From Spirochaetota bacterium (lineage in GTDB: Bacteria > Spirochaetota > UBA4802 > UBA5550): a stretch of 64,000 nt of DNA. The DNA lies in NCBI GenBank assembly GCA_963663865.1, contig OY760686.1, positions 64,001 through 128,000 on the forward strand, read 5' to 3'. Shown here in pieces: positions 49,153-60,100 of this stretch. Positions within the stretch are counted from its first letter, which is position 1, and every line of letters starts with the position of its first letter. A program made the position numbers and the translations under genes. The notes below the pieces were generated by a model. That model ran no database searches. It was not told the DNA's origin and worked only from the letters and a program-made list of their open reading frames with translations.

Positions 49153-50100
49153 ATGACTCTTTTACCTATAAAAATTCAGAGAACCACCTTCGCAATCACG
49201 GCGCTCATGGCTGCCGTGTTTATCTGCGCGAATCCCGTTGATCTGTGGGCACAGAGAACAAAGTCCAGCCTTAAGGCCGGTGAACAGCGCAATGCCCAGA
49301 AGGGACTCAAAGACAACCAGACTTTCTTCCACTTCATAAACAGCTCAGTGACCAACACCGGAAACGATGAGCAGAAAAAGATTTTCAGAGAAGCAGTACA
49401 GCGCGACATGATAGCCAGAATACTGTACATGAAGTTTGCATTTCACGAATCCTGGACAGAGATAAGGAGATCTCAAAGCCTCCTTATAGATCTCTACCGA
49501 ATTACGCTCAATAAGGATATATCCTCAGCGAGAACCCTTCTCGCCGGCTTCGCACCGCCGGTGATAACCGCAGGCAACCACCGTTCAAAGCACTATCTCC
49601 GTCTTGGCTACAGAAACGCCGTCGAGGCAGAACAGTTCATGGCAATGGGCGACAGCTTCACGGAGAGACTCTACTCAATGCGCCTTTATAAATACACCCA
49701 CGCCATAAAAAAGGCCAAGCTCTCCAGACGTTACGCCTTTCTTGCCGCGCTTGAACAAAACGGTGCCGGGAAAAACCCCGACGAGATACGCATAAAAATT
49801 GACCAGATATATACGCGAATGCACACCTCAGGAGAGGAAAAGACAAAGGAGCTCCGAAAAGAGCTTTCAGCAGCCCGAAAAGAGCTTGTCGACGCTAACA
49901 TGGAACTCGGCCACCTCGGGTTCAGCGCTCTTAAAGACATGATATCAGAGCTTCCGGGAGCAGCTGAATCAAACTACACTACCTATCACTACGACAACTA
50001 CTACCGCACACCGGACGGGGGCACCCTTTTTGATAAAGTCTGGGACAACCCTCAGCTTGACAGCATTCCGGAATACGCGGAATATCTTAAAAAACATTGA
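49153..50100 (+). CDS. OmpL37-like helical surface protein
   Basis: Signal peptide; FFHFINSSVTN, EIRRSQ, HYLRLGYR, HYDNY recalled as resembling the leptospiral OmpL37 family. Confidence 0.6.
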   Translation: MTLLPIKIQRTTFAITALMAAVFICANPVDLWAQRTKSSLKAGEQRNAQKGLKDNQTFFHFINSSVTNTGNDEQKKIFREAVQRDMIARILYMKFAFHESWTEIRRSQSLLIDLYRITLNKDISSARTLLAGFAPPVITAGNHRSKHYLRLGYRNAVEAEQFMAMGDSFTERLYSMRLYKYTHAIKKAKLSRRYAFLAALEQNGAGKNPDEIRIKIDQIYTRMHTSGEEKTKELRKELSAARKELVDANMELGHLGFSALKDMISELPGAAESNYTTYHYDNYYRTPDGGTLFDKVWDNPQLDSIPEYAEYLKKH

Positions 50101-50116
50101 TGGAGACCGGCATATT

Positions 50117-52408
50117 ATGTTCAGATTCATTATGCTTACAGCATTTACACTGTTAACACTGTCCTGCTCAACCGCGAAAGGAGATTCGACTAAAACAGCT
50201 TCAATCGGCTTCTATTCAACACCTCCCGTGATAATACAAACATTAAAGGACGTAAAGGATAAGACCCCCGCAGCACACTTCATGCTTGCGCTTGCGTACA
50301 ATGAGGAAAAGCAGTACAAAGCCGCGATCAGACACTTTGCTGAGTCCGCATTCAAATACAAAAGGGCTGACGACCTGAGGCTTTTTCCCTTCCCCGTGTA
50401 CAGCCATCTTGACGGCTTCCACATAAAAAGCGATTACTACGACGACGCCGTAAACGAAATAGCTTCAATTTTTCAGAGACACTACGGAGAAAACAGCTAC
50501 GCGCTGAAAATTGCCGAGCTTCAATCGGGAGACAGCGTAAGAATTGATGTTGAAGCCGCTTCAACAGAGGCAGACGCGCTTTCATCGTTAAAAAGATACA
50601 GCGACGCTGTTAATAAACTAAACAGCAGGATCAGTCGCTACAAAGACTCGCTCCCGCTTTCAGCGCTTTATTTCAAACGCGCTTCAGTTTATGAAAAAGC
50701 GGACAGGCACAAAGACGCAGCGTCGGATTACCTGGCTGTAATCAGCCTTGACCGGGACGGCTGGCGGTCTGATCTGGCCGCGGTTCAGATATATCGAATG
50801 GTGAAGGGACAAAAGCTCTCCCTTAAAATAGATGAGCTTGTGACAACGGCCGCCACGCTTCTGGATTCCAGGAAGGACAGCGAGGCGTCTGAATTAACAG
50901 CATCAATTAAACCAGAGCAGTTTAAGAAAAGCTACGAATGCGCTGAACTGATGGTCAGAGAAGCCGCCGCCCGGAAAAAGATCCGCGAAGCCGAATCCCT
51001 CATAAAAAATTACGGGGAAAATGAGATCAAGCTACGCTACGCGCTGGCCCGTGAACTCTGGAAACGAAGAGCAAAGGGAGCAGCCCTGGGCATATACAGA
51101 GACATCGCAGCAAAGTCGGAGCACAACGAGAGGATGCCCGCTGTTTACAGACTTGCCGAGTTCATGGAAAGCAATAACAGAAGCGAATACATGCACTGGA
51201 TAAATGACTACCTTGAAAATGGCGATGATCCGTCCAAAAAGCAGACACTTCTCTGGCTTATAGCAAGAAGAGCTATTGAGAACGACCCCGAAAAAGCGGT
51301 TACTCTGCTGAAAAAAGCGCTGTCTCAGACCGATCACGGTCCATACTCTGACAGAATCAGATTCTGGCTTTTCAAGCTCTCTTCAGCATCGCCGGCAGAG
51401 TCTGAGCAATATTTGAGAGGCCTCATAACCGGGCATCCTTCATCCACTTACACCTGGTCTGCTCTCGATTCATTGCCGGAATCGCTGTCGCGGGACAAGC
51501 TTCACGGGCTTTTGAGCAAATCAGTAGCAGATAACAATAACAGTGATATTCTCTATTACTTCACTCTCTTGAGCTTTCTGGGAGAGGATACAAAGAACTT
51601 TGGCACAGCGCTTGCCTCTATTCCGGCCGATGTCATCACCCCTTACAAAGAAATAGAATCCCTGATAGAGAAAGCCCCCTTCGGACGGTTCAGGGAGCTC
51701 GAAAAGTACTTCGCCGCCGGTTCAGCAGACTATGTCAGGAGATCCTCTTACTTTATACCTGCCTCAACGAAGGAAAGCAAGGTTGAACTTGAAGCCTCCA
51801 TGACATCGCTTGCGTTGAAATACGGAAACCACACATTAGCCGCCTACGGGATTCTAAATCTGCTGAATGCATCCGGAGTTGAAGAGAACATCGCCTTGAT
51901 GGGAGAGAATTCGGTCAGAGCGCTTCTGCCCTACGCCTACAGGAGTATTGTAGACAGTGCGTCTAAGGAATACAAAGTAAATCCCTTCCTTGTGTTATCC
52001 GTCATTAAGGCAGAATCCTTTTTCAATCATGAAGCGGTATCTTCCGCCGGAGCGGCAGGCCTCATGCAGCTCATGCCCTCAACCGCGCGCGGACTTGCCC
52101 GGCAGATGGGCCTGAAAGATGACGCTTACAGCCTGAAGGATCCAGCTGACTCGATTAGCTTCGGAGCTAAATACCTTTCATGGCTTGACCGCTATTTCAC
52201 CGGCAATTTACCCTTCATGGTCGCAGGCTATAATGCCGGACCCGGCAATGTAAACAAGTGGAAGAAACGCCTGAACACTCAGGATATGGATTATTTTACC
52301 GAGTTCGTTCCGTTCGATGAAACCAATTACTATATTGTCAGAACCGGAAAGTATTTAAAACAGTACAGGTTGATATATGGCCGCAAGACCGGCAAAAATA
52401 CGGACTAA
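50117..52408 (+). CDS. Lytic transglycosylase (SLT domain) lipoprotein with TPR-like helical region
   Basis: Lipobox TLSC; IKAESFF, GAAGLMQLMPSTA, GYNAGPG, ETNYY. Confidence 0.92.
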   Translation: MFRFIMLTAFTLLTLSCSTAKGDSTKTASIGFYSTPPVIIQTLKDVKDKTPAAHFMLALAYNEEKQYKAAIRHFAESAFKYKRADDLRLFPFPVYSHLDGFHIKSDYYDDAVNEIASIFQRHYGENSYALKIAELQSGDSVRIDVEAASTEADALSSLKRYSDAVNKLNSRISRYKDSLPLSALYFKRASVYEKADRHKDAASDYLAVISLDRDGWRSDLAAVQIYRMVKGQKLSLKIDELVTTAATLLDSRKDSEASELTASIKPEQFKKSYECAELMVREAAARKKIREAESLIKNYGENEIKLRYALARELWKRRAKGAALGIYRDIAAKSEHNERMPAVYRLAEFMESNNRSEYMHWINDYLENGDDPSKKQTLLWLIARRAIENDPEKAVTLLKKALSQTDHGPYSDRIRFWLFKLSSASPAESEQYLRGLITGHPSSTYTWSALDSLPESLSRDKLHGLLSKSVADNNNSDILYYFTLLSFLGEDTKNFGTALASIPADVITPYKEIESLIEKAPFGRFRELEKYFAAGSADYVRRSSYFIPASTKESKVELEASMTSLALKYGNHTLAAYGILNLLNASGVEENIALMGENSVRALLPYAYRSIVDSASKEYKVNPFLVLSVIKAESFFNHEAVSSAGAAGLMQLMPSTARGLARQMGLKDDAYSLKDPADSISFGAKYLSWLDRYFTGNLPFMVAGYNAGPGNVNKWKKRLNTQDMDYFTEFVPFDETNYYIVRTGKYLKQYRLIYGRKTGKNTD

Positions 52409-53183
52409 AACACAGATTATCCTGTTGGGGATGGTGCTTTCAGCGCAATTCGCGTGTCTGATGAGCTCCAAACCTGAACTTCTTCGTGAACCTGCACTGC
52501 TCTCAGAGATCAAGTCAGGGCTTTCCTCCTCTGACTGGAACGAAAGGCTTAAGTCTGTGCGGAAGCTCATTTCCACCGAGGGTTTTAGCCGTTTCGATGA
52601 ATCAGAAAAGATGATCCTTGCCGTCAGCTATGACACCCACTCCCTTATCCGTGTTGAGGCTGCGTCAGGGCTTTCAACTCTTCCAGGCAAAGCGGCTCTT
52701 CAGCGTCTGGTCTACATGGCCCTGAATGATGAGAGTGATAATGTCCGGTGGTATTCCCTTTGCTCACTTTCAGGAAGAAATGGCGAGGAGGTGTTTGATG
52801 CCTTTCTGCAGTCAGCCGACAGCGAAGACACCCTGATCAGAGAGGCCGCCTTCCGGGGAATAAACCGCCATCCTGACATTGAGCTTAAGAGAAAAAATCT
52901 TAAGACAATACTCAGGGGGATTACCGACGGGGCCGCGCAGGTAAGAATTGCGGCCATGACGGATATTGGATTTCAATCGGAAGAGATTTACAGGTCCCTG
53001 AAGAACAATCTGAAAATGAAAGGTCAGAGCAGCCGTCATATTGCAGCAGCTCTGCACGCCCTTGCAGGTTACAGCTTCGACAACGACACAAGAGAATATA
53101 TCATAAACATTCTTACCGGGAAAAACCCTGAGCTCAGACTGGCCGCGCTCAGGGTTCTTAAATCAGAAAAAAGGCTGGATTAG
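52377..53183 (+). CDS. HEAT-repeat protein
   Basis: Repeated D..xVRxxAxxxL units. Confidence 0.75.
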   Translation: MAARPAKIRTKTQIILLGMVLSAQFACLMSSKPELLREPALLSEIKSGLSSSDWNERLKSVRKLISTEGFSRFDESEKMILAVSYDTHSLIRVEAASGLSTLPGKAALQRLVYMALNDESDNVRWYSLCSLSGRNGEEVFDAFLQSADSEDTLIREAAFRGINRHPDIELKRKNLKTILRGITDGAAQVRIAAMTDIGFQSEEIYRSLKNNLKMKGQSSRHIAAALHALAGYSFDNDTREYIINILTGKNPELRLAALRVLKSEKRLD

Positions 53184-53186
53184 TAA

Positions 53187-53900
53187 TCAGTTCTGCTTTT
53201 CCCTGGATACATATACCCTGTTCTTGTTGTCCTCTATATCCCTCTTATACTGATCCATAAGCTGTTTCTTTTCTTTTGGATCCATATCGATATTATCAAA
53301 AACAACGAATGCGTTTTCTTTCGCTCTGCGATAGTAGTAAATCGCTGTCAGCAATGGCCTTGCAGAAGCTGAAGTGGCATTAATATATCTATCAAAGTAG
53401 TCATTGGCCTTCTGTACAGAAAACTTGGCACTATCAAGATACTTTTCAGCATACTGATCTGGTTTTTTCCCTTCAAGCCCTTTCTCGAGGGTATCCCTGA
53501 TACTCATCTTCATCGCGTCGTTTAAAAGCTTTTCAGAGTCTTCTTTGTATTTCTTCGCAAGCTCCTGAGAAACCTTTAGCATCGCTTTTTCGTTCTCAAC
53601 AAACTTATCTGCCGCCTCCGGGACCCTGTTCTGGAAGTAAAGAGCGCTTGCCTCTGAATACTGATCAACAAGCCTGTCGATCTCAGCCTCGCCTCCGCCG
53701 TAATTAAGAACCGCGGCTTGCATAAGCTTTAGATTGCGGAAATTCTCGTAACTCAGGCGTTTTACCGTTAATTGAGGATTTGATTTCCTCTTTGGCGGGC
53801 CATAGGCGGGGTCGTAATCAAGCGACTGAGCGGTTGTGCTTACCGGAAAATATAAAACAATGGCCAGCGCCGCTGCTATAAAAGAAAATCCTTTTTGCAT
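53187..53900 (-). CDS. Hypothetical exported alpha-helical protein
   Basis: AGGAG RBS; signal peptide; helical and charged; YYRRAKEN..DNKNRV. Confidence 0.75.
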   Translation of the reverse strand: MQKGFSFIAAALAIVLYFPVSTTAQSLDYDPAYGPPKRKSNPQLTVKRLSYENFRNLKLMQAAVLNYGGGEAEIDRLVDQYSEASALYFQNRVPEAADKFVENEKAMLKVSQELAKKYKEDSEKLLNDAMKMSIRDTLEKGLEGKKPDQYAEKYLDSAKFSVQKANDYFDRYINATSASARPLLTAIYYYRRAKENAFVVFDNIDMDPKEKKQLMDQYKRDIEDNKNRVYVSREKQN

Positions 53901-54212
53901 ATCGCAACTCCTGTAATCATGTTCTGCTGTGTTAAGCAAAGTATTATAAGCATGAACGGTCTTAGAAGCAACCGAATAAAGAATAATAATCCTCAGATTG
54001 ATAAAGTCAATAAAAAATTGTCGGTTTTATCGAGCATTATTCAACATCAAATCAACCGGCATTCCGCATCCCACACTTACTTCTTGCCCATAAAGATTCC
54101 CAACGATCAATATTTTTTCAGATTCCCCATCGCGCATTTAAGAAGATTGACATTTTCAGCATTGAGTTCTCAAATAGTTTATTAAGCCTCAAATCATTCA
54201 GGAGACCGACAT

Positions 54213-54731
54213 TTGAAAGAAAAGATAATAATCGTCTACTCAACGCGAACAGGCTCCACAGAGAATATCGCATTAAAGATCAAAGAAATATTCGAAAGAA
54301 AAAACTTTGAATGCGACCTTCGTCTGGCTGATGAGATAAAAAGCCTGGACGGATACAGTGCCGCTGTCATAGGCAGCCCCATCAGGGCTGGAAGGCTTTC
54401 CCGCGATATCATGCGCTTTTCGTCAAAATTCAGAAACGCCCTCACGAGGATCCCAACTGCCGCGTTCGCAGTCTGCATAACCCTGCGGGAAGACACAGAA
54501 GAAAACCGCCGACAGGTGGGAAGCTGTCTCAACCCACTGCGTCTCTACATAAACACCCTCGACGATGAATGCTTTGCGGGTAAAATGGACTACTCTAAAT
54601 TGGGGATATTCGCACGTTTCATTGTAAAAAAACTGGTTAAAGTACCTGAGGGAGACTATATAAACTACAGCCAGGTTGAAAAATGGGCCACAGAACTTTC
54701 GGACAGAATTGCAAGTGAGAATAGACGCTAA
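54213..54731 (+). CDS. Flavodoxin-domain protein (HemG-like)
   Basis: YSTRTGST, IGSPI, FAGKMDYSKL, GDYINYSQVEKWA. Confidence 0.88.
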   Translation: MKEKIIIVYSTRTGSTENIALKIKEIFERKNFECDLRLADEIKSLDGYSAAVIGSPIRAGRLSRDIMRFSSKFRNALTRIPTAAFAVCITLREDTEENRRQVGSCLNPLRLYINTLDDECFAGKMDYSKLGIFARFIVKKLVKVPEGDYINYSQVEKWATELSDRIASENRR

Positions 54732-55817
54732 CCCAACTTCAAGTTTGAAGTGCAACGGCAAGGTTAAAAAAACTTCATAAGGAGTCCGATAATCTAAAGA
54801 TTTCCGGGGTCGATTATTAATTTTTCTGACAGCTTCGTCTACTTCATTTTGTGATATGTTACTAAAATCACAGTCCTTTGGGAAAAATCTTCTGAGTATG
54901 CCATTGGTATGTTCATTTCTTCCTCTTTGCCATGAACTGTATGGGTCTGCGAAATAAGTTGAACATTCTAAAGCTTCTACAAGGATGCTATGCTGATAAA
55001 ATTCTGTCCCGTTATCGAACGTTATTGTTTTAATAAGTTCGTTCTCAATATCACCGAAAGCTTCCAATATAGCCCGATTACATGTTTCCGGTTTTTTATT
55101 TTCCATTAATGATGCTGCAAGATAATAGCTTTTTCTTTCAACCAAAGTCACTATGTATCCGGACCGTCCCTTGCCTACAACGGTATCTCCTTCCCAGTGC
55201 CCCATAGTTTGTCTTTGCTCAATTTCTTCAGGGCGGTCATGAATGCTGACTCTGTTCGGTATTTTACACCGGGAATGACGCCTATTGGCACGTTTTCTCC
55301 TCTTTTTAGCACCTCGGACTAAATACTTATACACATCACTGCCCTTGGTAATCTGCTCATATATCCATTGATAGATTGCTTCATGGCTAATACGCATTGT
55401 TGATTTCATAAGCTTAAGCCTGCCTGCAATGATATCAGGAGATTTCTTATCCTTTAATTCGTTGAGAATATATTCTTTTAATTCAGGATTTGTATCAATA
55501 AGTCGTTTTTTGGCATTCTTTTTCCTGCTTTCAGCTGTTTTCTGCGCCTCATGTGGATTGTACCAGAAGCTGCTCCGATTTCGGTCTAGTTCTCTTTTGA
55601 TGGTACTGGGAGCTCTACTTAAGAATCTGCCAATTTCACGAAGGCTTTTCCCTTCTACTAACTTTTTTTGATGACTTTTCTTTCAGCTTCATTTAATTGT
55701 TCATAGGACATCATAGGGCTTCTCCAGGAGATTTTGTTGGTCGCAAACCTCTTAGATTAAATGCCTTATGATGTCTTTATTTTTTTCTACCTGTTGCACT
55801 TCACTGTTGAATTCAGG
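54732..55817 (-). mobile_element. IS30-family insertion sequence (1086 bp)
   Basis: Imperfect 25-bp terminal inverted repeats at 54732-54756 and 55793-55817; CTAA repeated on both flanks; transposase inside. Confidence 0.92.
54738..55714 (-). pseudogene. IS30 transposase with two apparent 1-nt homopolymer frameshifts
   Basis: N-terminal HTH SLREIGRFLSRAPSTIKREL; ISHEAIYQWIY, GHWEGDT, TFDNGTEF, WQRGRNE, NNRPRK; frame breaks at A7 (55663-55669) and T7 (54766-54772). Confidence 0.88.
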
Positions 55818-55995
55818 CTAATCAGCCTTTTTAAGGGCGAAATATTTCTTGCTAAAATCCTCTGTTTTCCCGATATTGTAATGATGCTGACAATTCCATA
55901 TCCCTCTTTAACCATTCGGGGATAATCTCCTTCAGCATCGGAATAATTCTGCTTGAAAGCTGCTGCTGGAAAGCACGGCTAAGTGACAGGGTACA

Positions 55996-56952
55996 ATGAG
56001 AACAGGCGAACACATACACATTTTGAAGAAGAAGGCCGGCAGACTGCTCGACTCCTTCATGGCAAAGGGCCACGAGAAGATGACCATAATGTTCATCCCT
56101 CACAATGAAAAGAAGATCTTTAACTTTCAGATATCACGATTCACAATATCCTTCTTTATTTTGCTTTTCCTGGTAGTGCTCGTCACATCGTCGTATGCCT
56201 ACATCAAAAACAACGCGGTCAAACGGGAAGAGCAGAGACTGATGATGACGTATCAGGACATTCGATCGCATCTGCTGCGCTTCGAAAAGCTTACAAACAG
56301 CACTGAGCAGATTATCACCGATATGAAACCAGACATTGAAGAGCTCTACGCCCTCGCCGCCGGAACCGACAATGCGGCAAATCTCTGGGACATGAGCGAC
56401 TACGATGTCAAATCGCTCGAAGAGCTTAAGAAAATCAAAAACCAGCTTCCATCCGAGATATTCACAATAAGAGAACTCGAGAATGAGCTGATAGCCACAA
56501 CAAACACAATAAAGACAGTTAAGAACTTCATAGATGTGCGCAGCAAGGTTATTAAAGACACCCCCTCAATTGTCAGCAATCCCGGTCACATCACATCGCT
56601 TTTCGGCTGGAGACGCTCGCCGTTTGGACATGGCCGCGACTTCCACACCGGAATTGACATAGCCGCTCCGAGCGGGACCGAAATCAGGGCTACAGCCCCT
56701 GGAACTGTCATGGCCTCGGGTTGGAACGGAGGCTACGGCAACATGGTCCGTGTGAATCACAAATACGGCTTCGAGACGATCTACGGCCACTGTAAGGCTG
56801 TCGCCGTCAATCCGGGACAGTACGTCAAGAAGGGCCAGCTCATCGGCTGGGTCGGGCAGACAGGCAACGCCACGGGAAATCACTGCCACTACGAAATCAG
56901 GCTTGGCGGAATTCCAATCAATCCATACCCATACATGAGCCGGGTCTGGTAA
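55996..56952 (+). CDS. M23 family metallopeptidase
   Basis: TM anchor plus coiled coil; HTGIDIA, YGH, TGNHCHYE. Confidence 0.93.
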   Translation: MRTGEHIHILKKKAGRLLDSFMAKGHEKMTIMFIPHNEKKIFNFQISRFTISFFILLFLVVLVTSSYAYIKNNAVKREEQRLMMTYQDIRSHLLRFEKLTNSTEQIITDMKPDIEELYALAAGTDNAANLWDMSDYDVKSLEELKKIKNQLPSEIFTIRELENELIATTNTIKTVKNFIDVRSKVIKDTPSIVSNPGHITSLFGWRRSPFGHGRDFHTGIDIAAPSGTEIRATAPGTVMASGWNGGYGNMVRVNHKYGFETIYGHCKAVAVNPGQYVKKGQLIGWVGQTGNATGNHCHYEIRLGGIPINPYPYMSRVW

Positions 56953-57108
56953 CAGCTCCGGCATAACATCCCTCAAATCCACAAAGGCGCGATATCAATT
57001 TTAGTTGCGCGCATGTGATATATCTGTATTCTATAGCCCGGCTGACGGGACAAACCTTTAATGCCCATGGGCCGGACTCTCTTTTACTGATTACAGACGC
57101 CGGGAAAA

Positions 57109-60100
57109 ATGCTGAACAGAATTCTAAAATTAATTAAATATATTGCCTTATCGGCTGTAATTGCCGTTCCCGCGCTTTCTATATCAGGCAATGTAAGCTA
57201 CAGGGGCATACTTGAGGCCCTGAACACCTCTTTCGCGGGGAACACAGCTCCTGTCAGCAGCGCAAACGAGCCCTCCTACAGGCCCGGAGACTGGGAGAAA
57301 TACATTGTCTCACCTCAGTCAGCTAATTACGCCAGAACCTCCAACGGCAGCATATTCAGCTACGGCGATTCATCCGGGTTCAGCTCTTACGGCTCAATGA
57401 ACCTCAAAATGAGCTATGGCGGTTCTTTTTTCACTGACAGCAAATACAGGAACTCTGACACAGACAGGGCTTCATCCTCCCTTGTTTCACAGGGCTTTTC
57501 ACTCTCGCAGGAACTAAAAGTCCACATGGAAGGCCGCATAGGCGAACGACTCAAAGTCTACGTTGACCATGACAGCGGCAGAGAAGACAACCGATACCTT
57601 ATCAATTACAAAGCAGCACGTGAAGATGAGCTCCTCCGTGAGATAAATGCCGGTGAGATTGATCTGAAGTTCGGAAGCTCGAAATATGCCGTTTACGATG
57701 ACAACAGCGCTAAAGGTCTCGGTGTGGATTTCACTGTCAGAAAAGGAGATTTTAGATTAAGGGCCTTCGGCAGCATCAAGGAAGGCGAGACGGTAACCGA
57801 AACCTTCACAGGCAGCTCAACGCAGCACAGTGTATCGCTGAAGGAGTATCAGTACGAGAAGCTCAGATACTACCAGCTTGAACCGTTTAAACGCTATGAC
57901 GGCCTGACATCCGTGCCGGCGGCTTCATCAGCCCTGTACGAATCGCTGAACACCTTTACCTCCGCGGCAACATCTTTCTCGCCCAACAACGTGGGAATAG
58001 ATCCGTCAGGTTTCGCCCTCTACATGGACGATCAGAACAGCCTTAACGATTCGGGCGCGATTACACTTGAACTTGACGGCGGCAAGTATACACTGCTCGT
58101 ATCTGGAACCGATTATACAATAAATCACAGCACTGGACTGATAACATTTCTAAGCTCAGTACCGGCTAAATCACGAATCTTTGCCGTTTATAACCTGCTT
58201 TCAGGATCTACTACTGACCCCTCGGCGAGGACTGACATCTACCCCGGCAGGAATTTCGTGTTTATCAAATACGGTTATTCCATTGATGAGGACAGCAACA
58301 GAGACTTCGCGCTTGCCTCTTCAGAAGACCGCAACGGAGACGGGAAGCTCAATCTCGACATCTATGAAGTCCGTTCTGCCTATTACCTGGGGTACAGACA
58401 GATCGAGCAGGACAACTTCACCATATCATTTCTTCGTGAAAACTCTCTTCTCACAAAGGACAATGCGGATAGAGCCGGCAAATACAGCATTGATTACGAA
58501 AACGGAATTCTGTTTTTTAACAAGAGAGAGCCGTTCAGAGAACTCCTCACCGATGATCAGACCGACAGGATTTACGCAGAATCCACAGACTCTTCCGCAG
58601 CCACCAGTTCCAGAATAAGCATTAAAGCAGACTACATGCACAATTCAAGAAACTACCAGCTGAAATACAGTAACTTACTGGAAGGCAGCGTAAAGATCAA
58701 GGTTGATGAAAGAACTGTAGCCTCATCACTCTACTCAGTTGACTACACCTCAGGCTATATCGCCTTCAATGATGAAAACAATCCGTTTATATCGCCCGAG
58801 TCAAAGGTGGAAATCAAGTACGAGTACCTTCCCGCGGGCGCGCAAAGCTCCGACTTCATCGGTGGCGCAAGGGCAGATTATGACCTTTCGCGTGATATCA
58901 CTCTCGGCGGAACAGTCCTCTTCAGCGGTTCAACCGGCGGCGGGACCATCCCCGACATAAGCTCTTCCCCTGACCAGACAATGGTTCTCGAGGGGGATAT
59001 CAGCCTGGATCTGTCAGGCAGAAGGCTCGCTGATCTGGCTGAAGGCGTTACAGGCAGCAAGGTCGGCACAGTGCCGGCGAGGATACGCGCATACGGTGAA
59101 ATCGCGCGAAGCTACAGGAAAGTAAACTCATTCGGAAAAGCCCTGATAGACAGCATGGAGTCAAGCGGAGAGATAACGGCCATATCCCTCTCCGAAAAAG
59201 ACTGGATACTCTCTTCCATGCCATGGCAGAACGGTACAGCTGAGCCGCAAAGCGCCAGGGGCATACTAAATTATTTATACTATAGAAACCCGTCCAGTCC
59301 CGGAACACTGAGGGGCCTGTCCTTCACCCCTTACAGCGTTGACTATTCCGTGAAACCCGGCCCTTACAATGTTGCCGCAGGCCATATCGAATCCTCGATA
59401 CAGGAACAGTCATCACAGAGATCGCTTGTTCTCGACTACGACTTCACTTCAGGGAACACAGTTGCCATTGCGACCAGAAAGCTTTCGTCAGACGCGCTCG
59501 ACTTTTCTTCCATTCAGTACATTGAATTCACGTACAGGCTTGACGGAGCTTCATCTGACAGCGTCAATCTCTTCATCGATGTCGGAACAATTAACGAGGA
59601 TTCCGACGGAGACGGAATCCTCGACACAGAAGACAGCAATCTTAACGGAGTGCTCGACTCTGACCCATCACGCAATTATTCAGAGGACAGCGGATACAGT
59701 TTTAACGGCAACACCCCGACCTTCATCGGCAGCGGGCCGGGGTTAAGCAGCTCCACATCTGGCGACGGAATTCTTACAAGCGAGGACTTAAACGGAAACG
59801 GCTATCTGGATACCAGCGGCTATTTCATGACGTTCCCTGGCGCTTCCTCCGCTGAGAGCCTATTCACCGTTACTCAGACGTCTGAATGGAAAACAGGAAG
59901 AATCTACATTGATTCATCATCATTCACAGACTCAGATACTGAAAAACTGAAAACTGCAACCGCCGTTAGAATGTATCTCAGGAGGAACAGCGGCAGCTCC
60001 GGCAGGCTTTACATTGACTCTCTTAAATTCGTGTCTTCAAACTGGGTTAATCCTTCGCTTGACGGCAGTCAGGTCGTGGGGCCCGACCAGCTCAGTCTCA

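Noticed and set aside
54423-54731. Long C-terminal extension of the IS30 transposase antisense to flavodoxin
   Set aside because: Read-through caused by the T7 frameshift; it extends beyond the terminal inverted repeat.
55663-55669. Programmed -1 frameshift in the IS30 transposase
   Set aside because: The A7G run is not phased as A_AAA_AAG, IS30 transposases are normally one ORF, and similar 1-nt deletions occur elsewhere in the window.
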